Of a stretch of DNA of 64,000 nt, positions 24,284-35,737 are shown piece after piece (position 1 is the first letter of the stretch; each line of letters opens with the position of its first letter). Made by a program: the position numbers and the translations under genes. This stretch comes from Nemertoderma westbladi (lineage: Eukaryota; Animalia; Xenacoelomorpha). Below the pieces are notes generated by a model, which was not told where the DNA came from, searched no databases, and saw nothing but the letters and a program-made list of their open reading frames with translations. Where the stretch lies: positions 1-64,000 of the forward strand of contig JAUCBJ010005958.1 in the NCBI GenBank assembly GCA_032718475.1. Reading direction: 5' to 3'.

Positions 24284-26185
24284 GTCCGTCAATAAAAACA
24301 TACGATCTGTCTAAAAAATGTCCTGTATGGGTTTTCGTGGTCGGTGAATTCATTTCTGATGTCTTTAATCAAATTTGGCATCGTCGGTTCTGCGCCCATG
24401 TGAAGAATACCAGGATTTCACTTTTCGGTCGACTTTTTATTGGATTTTTATATATGAAGATTTTTAATTTTTTTTTAATTTATCTTTATTAAGTGTTTTA
24501 TAGCGCTTATTTCTGTCTTATAACCTGTACATATACTAAATCGTTTATTGTTTTGGTTAGAATCAGCCCTTGTGTAACCTGTGTTTTTGGTGAAAACCTG
24601 GTATTCTTCACATGGGGGCAACTGCAAAGGAAAATATAACGGCAGAAAGTCTGGTATTCTTCACATGGGCCTTTTGTCTGTATGCCTGTCAGTCTGTCTG
24701 TCAAAATATAACCGACAGTCTGACAGCCAAACAGACAATTTGGAAGTCATCAAATGTTAAAATTGACACTCGAAATTAATTCTGCGACCAGGAAAACCCC
24801 TATAGGTAAACTTTTAGCTCAATGCTGTGCCTTTTTCTAATATTTGTCAGACAGACAAGTCGGATGGTCCATGGTCAGAAAGACCGACAGACAGACATAC
24901 AGACAAACTAGATTTCATTAAAATTGAAAATTGACCTCAGAAATGAAATCAGCGACCAGGAAAACCGCCACAGCAAAATTCTTGACATGGTTTTATGCTT
25001 TCTTGTTGATAGATATATATTGATAGACTTTCTCACATATTAACAGACAATTTTTGCGCGGGAAGGTTCAAATTTTAAAGGCAATTATCTCGGAATGGTA
25101 TTTTTTGGCCTAAAAAAAGCTTCAGACAATTTAATTTTCAACAAATTTTCAAAAATTTTGCTCAGAGGGGTTCTCAGATGTGCTCTCTTCAGATATCTCG
25201 ATCTCGAATTCTCATTGTTTTTTCCAATAAGGAAATAAATGGCCAAAATTGAATCAAATATTGATAATTTTTAATTTGTCACATTTAAACAATAAACAAA
25301 ACAAAAAACAGCACCAAAGTGACAATTGTTAATTAATTTTAGAAATTTTGCTTCGAGATATCGAAAGAGCATAAATTTTTGATGCGATTTGAAAAATTAA
25401 AAAGAAAAATACTCAAGATTGAATCTGCGGAAGGTTTTTGGATTTTTGTCAAAAATTTGTCAATATTAATTTTTCCAAATTTTTGAAAAATTTGAATTTT
25501 TTATTTTTATTCATAATTACAAATCTTCCATTGACCTTCATACAAATATTATAGGAAGGGATATAGGGGTCTTTACCGCGAATGATAAGTTTATTTTACC
25601 GAAAATAACTTATCTTTTATTGGCGCAATTGTAGGACTAATACCTCTAAATACAGTTTGCCAACACATTGTTACTATCAATAACCTTCATACAAAGTTAT
25701 GGTCGTTTCTGACAATGAGAAGTTGCTCTAACAAGACAATATAATAATTATGTTCATGTAGCGCTACCGGGGCCTTAATGTTATTCTCAGTGGACGGACA
25801 CGGGTTAGCATTAATGTGCAATGATCTGACATAGTTTGTTGTACAGTTTGTGAAATTGTTGTATAAAGTCTAGTTTCTAGTATCAGTGGATGTTATGGTG
25901 TTTATTATAGGAAGGGATCTAGGGGTCTTTACCTCAAGTACGACAAATACAGCTTGCCAACACATTGTTACTATCGATGTTATGGTGGGTGGATCGGTAA
26001 GATATTATTTATATATATTTAATTTACTGCTAAAAACGAAGATGGTTATAAGATAAGTAGTTAAACATTTCTATAATTATCTTTAAAGCAGCACCGAAAT
26101 TAAATATTTAAAACATTAATCAAACAATTAAATTATTGATTATATTCCCTTATACTTGAGGAAATTACATTAGTACTCCAATAAG

Positions 26186-27064
26186 TTATTTTATCTTGCA
26201 AGAACTCTTTAGAGTTTCCTTATCACACTTTTTGTCATAGATACCATCATCGGGACATATGTTTCCATCGTCTTTATCGCTTCCAGGAACCTCACAGGCT
26301 GGCTGCAGTAAACCCAAACTATACTGACCATCTTTTGGAGTAGCTTCTGGAGCCTGGAAACAAAACGACGGTTTTCCGGTCTCTTCCAACACGTTAGTCG
26401 GGCCACGAACAGCGCAACTACGCAGATAATCACGAGCTAGCCCTGACTCGACCTTCCTCATCTCCAACCTACAACCCCACGTCACTATGACATAGGGTCG
26501 TTGCCGAGAAACCAATTTCGATGGCGTAATGATGTGTTTCCTAAGACAAGAACGAGCTACTGCCTTCAATTCATCAACCTGTTGTTTTGAAGCGCATGGA
26601 TGGTATAGAAACACAGCAGCCCCATGTTCCAATGAGTGGATCCATCTTTGTGGTGGGCAATATTCATATTCCCCATAGCGTGGCCACAATGGGCGATGGG
26701 GACCGCTCATCGGTAACCCATGGTAACAAATTTCCTCCGATAGACATTTGTGAAGAGGCTCTTTTGTTTCGTTTTCACAAATTATTTCCGAGATGATTTC
26801 CTCATCACTTGATTCCTCGGAACTTTCTTCACTCGAGTCGGAGGCTTCATCACAGCTGTAGGCCTCCTTATTGCAGTACCAGTCAACCTCGATCCCATGA
26901 TTAGCATCATCACAGTCGCTGTCTGAAATACCCATAGAGATACCACCATGCTCCGTGTCTGCAGGATTGATCGCACTACCTGAATTAGCATCAATGGCGA
27001 ACAATGCAGTGTTCATAGAGAGCGCGAATATAGCAGCCAAATAAAGTCTAAAGAGATAGCCCAT
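26186..27064 (-). CDS. intronless DUF3105 / TP53I13-like secreted protein (292 aa from first ATG)
   Basis: Hydrophobic N-terminal signal-like segment, acidic Ser/Glu tract, and PMSGPHRPLWPRYGEYEYCPPQRWIHSLEHGAAVFLYHPCA..CLRKHIITP..VTWGCRL motif. TATA-like GTATATAA about 90 nt upstream. Confidence 0.85.
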   Translation of the reverse strand: MGYLFRLYLAAIFALSMNTALFAIDANSGSAINPADTEHGGISMGISDSDCDDANHGIEVDWYCNKEAYSCDEASDSSEESSEESSDEEIISEIICENETKEPLHKCLSEEICYHGLPMSGPHRPLWPRYGEYEYCPPQRWIHSLEHGAAVFLYHPCASKQQVDELKAVARSCLRKHIITPSKLVSRQRPYVIVTWGCRLEMRKVESGLARDYLRSCAVRGPTNVLEETGKPSFCFQAPEATPKDGQYSLGLLQPACEVPGSDKDDGNICPDDGIYDKKCDKETLKSSCKIK

Positions 27065-27651
27065 TATCAAGTTTGACTATATCATATTATATTAATTCAC
27101 ACAACACAGCTCGTTGTGATTTAACAACTAAATTAAAGTATTAAATTACTGATTATATACCTCTTTGTTTTCAAAAGTACTTTATCATTTATTTATTTGT
27201 TATTATACCTTTTGCCACCCATAGCCAATTACTGGCGAACCCTTTCAGGTTGGCTGTAACTGTTGTAAAATACGGATTTGAAGTAAAATATAGCAATTTA
27301 TGCAAAATCTGGCATTTTTTTGGGACTTAGGGAACATTTATCCTTATCTTAATGTATCTTTAGATTTCATGTGACCCAAATATGTTTGAATGCCCCCAAT
27401 TTTCATGCAGTCCAAGACACAGGTACATAGGGATATTTCACGAAAAAGTTGTTGGGTTTGGGGGTAACAAGATGCCCTGAATCGAGCCGCGGGGTGTTTT
27501 TGTTGAAAATGTGGAAACGGTCGATGGAGGGATGAAGTTATCCAATATGAGCCTAATTTGAAAGCAGGAGCTATTGGCTATGGCAGAAGTGATGTCATAA
27601 AATATGGAAATCTGCCTGTAGGCTATGGAGAGTGATTCAAATACATATTAA

Positions 27652-29141
27652 CCCTATTAGTACCGGGCTATAAAATGTTGTACAAATACCGGGGGTGTGG
27701 TCATATTGACCCCTCACTCAAAAATCTACAAATTTTAACAAAACGTCCGATTTTTTGTTTGTCGTAGATCTCACTAGTACAAATCCGACCGAGAAAAAAA
27801 TGTCGAATAGAAGTACTGGGGTGGTAATATTGCAGCACCAAAATTACAAGTAGTGCACAATTTTCATAAAATTTGAAAGTTATAATTTTCGGCTAATTGT
27901 TTTTCAATACAGGTTTTTTGGGCGCAAAATCCATTGGAAACTGTTTAAAAATGATCTGATTACTATGAATGGCTGTTTTAGTCCTCTACTTATGCAAAAA
28001 ATGAAAAAAACAAGTAACCATCAGTTTTCAGTTTGAACACAACATTTTTAATTCACTTATACGATGCTATAAATTCACATTTTTTAGGTTATCTTGGGCG
28101 CTGATTCTAATGGAATACATTTCTAATTTGCTAGATCACTGCTAATTGTATTTTAAAAGTACAAGTTTGAGATGTCCAGTGCTGTTTTTATTGATTCCAT
28201 CGGATTCAGGACCCTCATAAACCCGTATAACGCAAGAAAGAAAAATGATACTATCCTTTGATCAAATTTGCTTATTTTCAAAAATTTGGTGCTGGCACAA
28301 CAATTTTCACCCACCGGCGAAAAATACAGGTTTGAAAACTCTTATGGAATTTGTACATATTCCATTGAATTCAGAACCTTAACAAACCCATATAACGCAA
28401 GAAACAAGGCGATACAATCAATTAATATATTTGGTGGTTTTCAAAATTTGGTGCTAGCACAAAATTTTCCACCCAGTTCCGAAAAATACAAGTTTGAGAT
28501 GTCTAGTTAGATAATTATTTATTTCATTGAATTCAGAATCGCCATAAACCTCTAAAACGCGAGAAATAAGTTGTCAAAATCAATTTAACTATTGAATGGA
28601 TTTTCAAAATTTTGTGCTGGCACCAAATTTTGCACACTTTTTTGCACACAATTTTGATACTCCTGGTGCAACTCGTATATATTCCATCGAAATCTGAGCC
28701 CCAAAAAACCCCTATTGCGCAAAAAAAGGTTCAAAAAATCAATTTACGAAATTGACATATTTCAAAATTTGGTACTAGCACCAAAATTGGCACCCGCCGA
28801 AAAAAACAAGTTTGAAATTTCTAAATTTATTTAGAAGAATTCCATATAATTGCAATCACCAAAAAAACCGGTGTAAATAAAAAATAGAGATGTTACAAAT
28901 AATATTTAATGAAATGTAATATTCAAAAAACGCCTCAAAAAAAGTGCCAAAAGAAGGGTTAAAAAATGGTGCTATAACTCGAAAACTTCCCAATATTTTT
29001 GAAAACCGTTTTCACTATTACGAAGACAATAGATTTTTAGGTAAAGTAACAAAATTTCAGATCCCCAACTGCGTTTGTTTCAGAGTTAATACAAAAAAAC
29101 CACGGGAGGGGTCATATTGACCCACCCCGGGTTTAATAGGG
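27652..29141. mobile_element. piggyBac-like non-autonomous element
   Basis: TTAA|CCCTATTA ... TAATAGGG|TTAA ends, subterminal GGTCATATTGACCC at both ends, internal TTTTCAAAATTTGGTGCT repeats. Confidence 0.8.
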
Positions 29142-30574
29142 TTAAATGTCAATCTTTCCACACCTGTTTTATAACAATATGAGAGATTCTTGTGCGTCTT
29201 TTGCTATTCATGAAGAGGAACGTTCACAAAATGAAAAGAAGTTTGATCTCACACTTTATTAAACTACAACATTTCCCACTTTATTAAACTACAACATTTC
29301 CAAATTTAATTAAACTACGTTTCAGCTAAATTTTCCGACCTTCAAAGACTAATAATCTGCTTGTTATAAAGTCATCCTTATAATATCAAATCTACCAGAA
29401 AAGGACAAATTTTGGTTTAACTTTCAAGAGTTTTAATTAAATTGTCGAGAATTTTATGTAAAATACAAAACGACATTTTATTAAAAGTTTGGCATTTGGC
29501 AGCATTTTGGTCAAATAAAATTTACGGTGTTCATGAAATAATAATAATAGGTCTATAATATCATAGATATCTTTATCACGAGCATATTGGAGTTTTGCTT
29601 TGATTATCAAAAAAATTCATCATAAATCTGTTCATATTCCCATGATTCACTGCCATTATTTATCATATAGATAAATGATAACAATTCTGAATAGGCCTAC
29701 ATATTTATATATCTGATAAACAATGACAACATCTCGAAGGATACAACCAAATTTGGTCAGTTCTCATGTTGGTTAAGGGCCCCCCTATTGTTGCATTATA
29801 GCCATATTACACGATTCCGCCCTCATCAATAACGTCATGGAGTCAACCATGACTTTATTTTATTTATTTACGTTAAACATTATGGCCATGTATGGCCATT
29901 TCCCATGACTCTAGAACTATCATTCAGACTCAGGAGTCCATAATAATGTGGGGCGAGTCAAAACTGCGAGCCATCAGCAAACTGTTTTAATTATACTTGG
30001 CCATTTTCTGAAAGTCTGTGTTGGGGTGTGTGTGTCAGTGTGTCGGAAGCCATAATATTGTCGGAAGCCAATATCAGAATAGGCCTATATAACTAGCCAT
30101 AGTATAATTATAACTGTTCTCTTAGATGTCTTGCAGCTTTTGCTGCACGAACGCCCCACACGTGTACCGTGTGTACTGCATTGTACTGCACAACATCAGC
30201 TTTTACATGCTTGACAACAACACACTGATCTGTTTCTGATTCTGATCTGATAACATTCTGATCTGTGTGAGGTTGGAAATATAAATCTCGTGCCAAATAG
30301 AAAGAGGAATCACCTTCTCCAATTTACTTTCAGTTAATTTGGCCACTTTTCTATAGAGCCTGGTCCACTGTGACACGGTGCGGCTGTTTTATCAAATGTT
30401 CTAAAACATTAACAACGGCAACCACATTGTTCAACAGTTCCTTCCTTGAACCTTTGCGCATAACCGCATCTTGATTACCATAAACACAACAAGCAAGGTG
30501 CAGTTCACCCAAATGCAAAGTAAAATTTGCGGGTAACCTGCGGTATACACTATACAGTTCTTCTCTCTATATAT

Positions 30575-31021
30575 TTAATCCAAAATTATTGGCCGTCGAT
30601 TCGATCTTAGAATTCAGACCAAAAGGCTTTTTATAGTCAGTAAATACACTTCCTTAAAATCATCACTCACTCGCAGCTACTTCCTTCTCTCATATGGACG
30701 ACTTACTTTTCACTTCCTTTACCGGTGTTATTTTATGATTATGATTACGGCCACAATGATTAATTATACACTTTAACTATAAATTTAGGCGGACAGCTAC
30801 TTCCTTCTCTCATATGGACGACTTATATTTCACTTCCTTTATGATGACCAGGAGTGATAGTGCAGGACCAAGAAAGAGGAAGTGAAATAAGTCATCCATG
30901 CGAGACAAGGAAATAGTGCTAGTAGGAGAGGGTTTTAGGAAGTTTTCTTTACTGACTATAACTATAAGCCTTTTGGGTTGAATTGTAAGAATTTTGAGAC
31001 TGCCAATTATTTTGGATTAAA
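30575..31021. mobile_element. MITE-like foldback element
   Basis: Imperfect long inverted arms (TTAATCCAAAATTATTGGC / GCCAATTATTTTGGATTAA; TATAGTCAGTAAA / TTTACTGACTATA) and an internal ~47-bp direct repeat. Confidence 0.6.
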
Positions 31022-31834
31022 TGTTTTGAATGCTATTTGAAGATAATAATTTATTACTCGGGAAAACGTATAATTTTTTCACTAATCTCGAGGTATTTCA
31101 ATTAGCGAATGCCAGCGAGTTTAATTAAGGGTCGAGATAAATCGAAAAAAATAATGTTCTACGTTTTTTCCCATGTAATACAGTACGTAATTTTATTTGT
31201 AATTTTAATACGTAATTTGTACGTGTTTTAAATACGTACTTTTGTTGCTTTTAAGTCTTTAATAAAAGATAGAACGAAATAGTGTTAGAAAATAAATTGA
31301 ATTGCAGTGTTTTACTAAATTTCTTCCTTAGATACTATAACAGCTTTTGAATGTGTGCATAAAATAATAAATATCGTACAACACAATTTAACAATTTAAA
31401 GTAAATCAAATATCTCGAATGTTCTACATTAATTAACTCAAATAAATAATTATTATTAATCTGCCTAGACTTTATTTTTGCGCACGTTTGTGGACAAAAT
31501 GGGGATATTTTAAAGATAACGTTTATTTATATAGCTATACAGTAACTTAAGGTTATTATTAGAATCACATAGTTTATTACTGTATTTAAATTTGAATGAA
31601 TGATATTATTTATGACTTTATTATGTAATATATAAGTGATAATGTACAGTTTGAGTACTGCAGTAGGCCTAGTGCTGTTTGGTTTTTGCTAATAAACACT
31701 TTAATCTACTCTAAAATTTAACGATATAATATTTTATATATTTGATATTTTGTTGATGAGTTCAGTTTCGTGACCGCGAGTCTCTCTCCTTGGATGGTTT
31801 GTCTGGATCGATCGGTTTGTCTATTCGGTCAGTT

Positions 31835-34800
31835 ATGTCTCAGGGCTCAGGGCAGTCGTCGTCCCAACGGTGCTGTCAGTGTGGGATCCGCGCTTGTACC
31901 ACTTCTAGTCGTTGTCGTTGTGTCCGTGCCGGGCAACCCTGCACCAGCTGCTCGCCTTTGTCTGTTGGCAATTGCCTGAACCCGCATCTCATATCGGGGG
32001 CCTCCATTAGTCCCATAGTGGATGACACTCTGCCGCATGAATCCACTGGCGACAACTCGGATGGGGATAGCTCGGATACTGATTCGTTTTCGAGTGCGAT
32101 AATGCAGATAACTCAGATTCCCCGAGTCGTCGACACCGTTTTTCCTCCGTTATCTTTGCCTGGGAGTGCGAGTTCTCCTCCTTTCCCTACCACTGTGGAG
32201 CTTTTGGAGTCGGCCTTCGGTGGCCAGTGGTTAAACTCTCCTGGCTCTTCCACCGATCCGTATTGGGAGGCCAATTATTCCCGCCTCACCTGCCTTACTT
32301 GTTGCCAGTATATTGTGCCGGGTGGCAATGTGGGACGCAAAATCGCCGACTTAGTCGCTCGCGAGCTGGTATTTCTGACGGACGGTATCCACCCCTCGGA
32401 ACGATCACTCTGTTGCGTGGCTACCATATTCCAGCGAGACCCAGACGTGACAAAAAGTGCGGATATTCGGCGTACTATGCTGCGCCGGATTGGCATGTGG
32501 GAGCGAGAGGAGTATAAGCAGCTGGTGGTGGAGGCGGAGCGCTGCAGCTCCAAGTTCGCTAAGTCCCGGGGATCGGCAAAAGTAAACCCGGGTCGGTTGT
32601 ATAATCGGAAAATACTGGTGGGACAGAATCGGGCGGCAGTTCGTCTCATTACCGAGAGGGACAGTGGTGGAATTTTAGACCCCAATTCCCAGGCAGAGGG
32701 GCGAGCACCTGGGATTACCGTACGTGAGGTTCTGGCGGAAAAACATCCCCCTCAGATGCAGGTTTCGCCGGACGCGTTTGAACCCTGTGACGACCTACCA
32801 GCCTTCGAGGATGTCGACATTACTGGTCAGCACGTCCTCAAGGTTACTCGAGTGCTACGTGGTGGAGCTGGTCCGATCGGCGGAGACGCCGAATTATGGA
32901 GTGCGTTGCTTACCCGCTACGAGGCGCACAGCTCCCGCCTCAGGGAGGCCGTCGCCGGGTTGGCTCGACGCCTCGCCAACTCGGTGGTACCTTGGGGCGA
33001 GATCCGCGCGCTGCGTGCCTGTCGCCTCGTCGCAATTGACAAGGAACCCGGTGTCCGCCCCATCGGCATTGGGGAGGTCCTGTACCGGCTGCTGACTAAC
33101 TGCCTCACAGCCGCCACCAAGATGGATTTCATCGTGGAATGCGGGGCGGATCAACTCTGTGCGGGTGTTAAGGCGGGTGTTGAGGGCGCCGTCCATGCGA
33201 TGGCTTCATTGTATGAGGACGACTCCACCGAGGGGATGCTCCTCGTAGACGCCTCTAATGCCTTTAACAGTTTGAGTCGCCCCGTGGCCCTGTGGAATGC
33301 GCGGGTCTACTGGCACCGGTGTTCCCGTTACCTCTTTAATGCATACAACGGCCACGCCGCTCTCTTCTTACAAGGGTCTGATGTACCGCTCTGGAGCAGG
33401 GAAGGGTACACCCAGGGCGACCCGGCCGCCATGCTTGGGTATGGCTGTGGGACCCTTCCCATGATACGGAGGCTACGGGACATCCGGAGACCTGAGTGTC
33501 CTGGCAACCCGCCGTCGTCCCTACCTGGCATCCCTTCGTCGACCCTGCCTGGTAACCTGCCGTCGACCCTGCACGGCGACTCGCCATCGACCGTACCCTG
33601 CAACTCGCTGTCGACACTATCCGGTAACTCGCCGTTGACCTTACCCGGCAACCCGCAGTCGACCCTACCCGGCAACCCGCCGTCGACGCTACCCGACAAC
33701 CCGCTGTCGACCCTACCCGGCAACCCGCCGTTGACCCTATCCGGCAACCCGCCGTCGACCCTATCTGGTAACCCACCGTTGATCCTACCTGGCAACCCGC
33801 CGTCGACCCTACCCGACATCCCGCCGTCGACCCTACCCGGCAACCCGCTGCTGACCCTACCCGGCAACCCGCCATCGTCCCTGCTTGGCGACCCGCCGTC
33901 TACCTTACCCGATAACCCGCCGTCGACCCTACCCGGCAACCCGCCGTCGACCCTACCCGGCAATCTGCCGTCGACCCTGCCTGGGGACCCACTGTCAACC
34001 CTACCCGGCAACCCACCGTCGTCCCTGCTTGGCGACCCGCCGTCTACCTTACCCGATAACCCGTCATTGACCCTACCTGGCAACCCGCCGTCGACCCTAC
34101 CTGGAAATCCGCCGTCGACCCTGCCTGGTGACCCGCCGTCAACCCTACCCGGCAACCCGCCATCGACCCCGCCTGGCGACCCAACACCGCACCACCAAAG
34201 ACAGTGCTGGTATGCCGATGATGCCTCATCTGCTGGTTCCCTCGCTGGTGTGCTCCGTTGGTGGGAGGAGTTGCTCCTCAGTGGACCCCGAATTGGGTAC
34301 AACCCGGAGCCCACCAAGTCCTACTTGGTGGTGAAACCGGCGTATGTTGAGCAGGCACACGAGATGTTTGGGAGGTCGGGCGTTCGGATCGTCTCCGGTC
34401 ACAGGTTTCTGGGCGGTTATGTTGGTGATTCCCAGGGGCTACGGGGTTTCATCGCGGAGAAAGTTGCGGGGTGGGTCTACAGTATCGGTAGATTGGCGGA
34501 GGTGGCCGAGGATTATCCCCAGACCGCTCATACGGGAATGTCCCGCTGCTTACAAGCGGAGTGGGACTTCCTGCTCCGGGTGGTTGAAATCGACGATGAG
34601 GATTTGGCTCCGATCCGGGAGGCGCTGCAGCACAGTTACATCCCGGCATTGTTCGGGATACCCCTTGGTGCTGTTGACGAAGACTTGGTTCTTTTGCCAG
34701 TCCGACACGGTGGGATCGGGATTCGGGACCCGTTAATGCGACGGTGCCACGCTAGAGAGGCGTCGCTGGCCGGCACAGCTGGGGTGGTTGATGCGCTGCT

Positions 34801-35737
34801 GTCGGACCGCCCCCTCCAGGTCGCAGACCACGCCACGTGTCTCGCGTCGGCCCTCGCTGAAAGCCGCATTACCCAAGAAGCGGCTTACAAGGCGAGACTG
34901 GAGTCCGCCCTCCTCGCTGTTCCTGCCGAACGGCGCCGCACGGTGGAGCGCACGGTCTCCCACAAGACGGGAGGGTGGCTGACCGCTCAGCCTTCGGCGG
35001 TGGACCACACCGACCTGGACCCCGAAGTGTTCCGGGACAACCTTGCCTTGCGGTATGGGTTGACGCCGCCCGGCCTCCCGGCTAAGTGCGAGGGGTGTGG
35101 GGAGTCTTTTTCGACGTCCCACGCCCTTAATTGCAAGTCGGGGGGCTTGATTATCAAGCGGCACAACGAGGTGCGGGAGGTCTTCGGGGACTTAATCGCG
35201 TCCGCGTTCGGGGGCTCGTGCGTCCAGCGTGAGGTTACGCTGGCGTCCGGCTACCTGGACAGACAGGGCCGCGAGGTGGGTGGAGTAAGGGCGGACCTTC
35301 TGGCGAGGGGAGTCTGGGCCGAACAGAGGGTGGCGTCATTTGACATTGCGGTTGTAAACGCTGACGCCCCCTCTTATGTTAACCGGTCCCTAGACTCCGT
35401 TCTCCAGCAGAGGGTCCGCGCCAAGAAGGTACACTATGCCGCAGTGTGCGAGGACCGTCGGATCTCCTTCACCCCCCTAGTCGGAACCACCGACGGGGTG
35501 TGGTGCAAGGAGGCCGATATCCTAATCCGCCACCTCGCGGAGACCCTGGTGGCCCGGCAGCGTGGGATGCGCGAGCGAGGCCTAGCCTGTGTGCTGGGCG
35601 GAGTGCGGAGGCGCCTATTGTTTGCGCTGCTGCGCTCAAACTCCCTGTGCCTGCGTGGCGGTAGGCGGCCATGGAGGGCGCTCGGGTTTGGGGACGGTGC
35701 CGGTCTGCGGGGGTTTGACCTCCAAGACCGGTACTGA
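31835..35737 (+). CDS. CRE-clade non-LTR retrotransposon ORF: Cys-rich N-terminus, RT, CCHC knuckle, restriction-like endonuclease
   Basis: LVAIDKEPGVRPIGIGEVLYRL, GVKAGVEGAVH, VDASNAFN, TQGDP, WYADD, RFLGG; CEGC..H...C then KRHNEVR; RADL..FDI..KK.HY..FTPLV. First ATG at 31835 (the track starts at a TTG at 31790). Confidence 0.92.
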   Translation: MSQGSGQSSSQRCCQCGIRACTTSSRCRCVRAGQPCTSCSPLSVGNCLNPHLISGASISPIVDDTLPHESTGDNSDGDSSDTDSFSSAIMQITQIPRVVDTVFPPLSLPGSASSPPFPTTVELLESAFGGQWLNSPGSSTDPYWEANYSRLTCLTCCQYIVPGGNVGRKIADLVARELVFLTDGIHPSERSLCCVATIFQRDPDVTKSADIRRTMLRRIGMWEREEYKQLVVEAERCSSKFAKSRGSAKVNPGRLYNRKILVGQNRAAVRLITERDSGGILDPNSQAEGRAPGITVREVLAEKHPPQMQVSPDAFEPCDDLPAFEDVDITGQHVLKVTRVLRGGAGPIGGDAELWSALLTRYEAHSSRLREAVAGLARRLANSVVPWGEIRALRACRLVAIDKEPGVRPIGIGEVLYRLLTNCLTAATKMDFIVECGADQLCAGVKAGVEGAVHAMASLYEDDSTEGMLLVDASNAFNSLSRPVALWNARVYWHRCSRYLFNAYNGHAALFLQGSDVPLWSREGYTQGDPAAMLGYGCGTLPMIRRLRDIRRPECPGNPPSSLPGIPSSTLPGNLPSTLHGDSPSTVPCNSLSTLSGNSPLTLPGNPQSTLPGNPPSTLPDNPLSTLPGNPPLTLSGNPPSTLSGNPPLILPGNPPSTLPDIPPSTLPGNPLLTLPGNPPSSLLGDPPSTLPDNPPSTLPGNPPSTLPGNLPSTLPGDPLSTLPGNPPSSLLGDPPSTLPDNPSLTLPGNPPSTLPGNPPSTLPGDPPSTLPGNPPSTPPGDPTPHHQRQCWYADDASSAGSLAGVLRWWEELLLSGPRIGYNPEPTKSYLVVKPAYVEQAHEMFGRSGVRIVSGHRFLGGYVGDSQGLRGFIAEKVAGWVYSIGRLAEVAEDYPQTAHTGMSRCLQAEWDFLLRVVEIDDEDLAPIREALQHSYIPALFGIPLGAVDEDLVLLPVRHGGIGIRDPLMRRCHAREASLAGTAGVVDALLSDRPLQVADHATCLASALAESRITQEAAYKARLESALLAVPAERRRTVERTVSHKTGGWLTAQPSAVDHTDLDPEVFRDNLALRYGLTPPGLPAKCEGCGESFSTSHALNCKSGGLIIKRHNEVREVFGDLIASAFGGSCVQREVTLASGYLDRQGREVGGVRADLLARGVWAEQRVASFDIAVVNADAPSYVNRSLDSVLQQRVRAKKVHYAAVCEDRRISFTPLVGTTDGVWCKEADILIRHLAETLVARQRGMRERGLACVLGGVRRRLLFALLRSNSLCLRGGRRPWRALGFGDGAGLRGFDLQDRY
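33500..34183 (+). repeat. in-frame 24-bp minisatellite, 28.5 units encoding (PGNPPSTL)n
   Basis: Consensus CCCGGCAACCCGCCGTCGACCCTA with no indels across the array. Lies between QGDP and YADD. Confidence 0.97.

Larger units (their letters stand above)
21352..25774. mobile_element. Kolobok-like non-autonomous DNA transposon hosting an RTE and an L2 insertion
   Basis: 17-bp perfect TIR GGCCCCGGTAGCGCTAC with TTAA on both sides (21348-21351, 25775-25778). Confidence 0.8.

Noticed and set aside
26186-27064. Bacterial horizontal transfer of DUF3105
   Set aside because: The YGEY..PPQRW..LYHPCA and Cys pattern looks like the animal type. Intronlessness alone is insufficient.
30108-30540. Coding-like, Cys-containing minus-strand segment
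   Set aside because: Short frames with stops and no recognisable family.
33500-34183. Regular repeat array as CRISPR or intein
   Set aside because: Units are contiguous with no spacers, there are no cas genes, and there are no intein splice motifs.
33328-34317. 329-aa antisense ORF (GRVDGGLP)n and other overlapping ORFs in the CRE element
   Set aside because: Expected from a stop-free GC-rich 24-bp repeat. No independent coding evidence.
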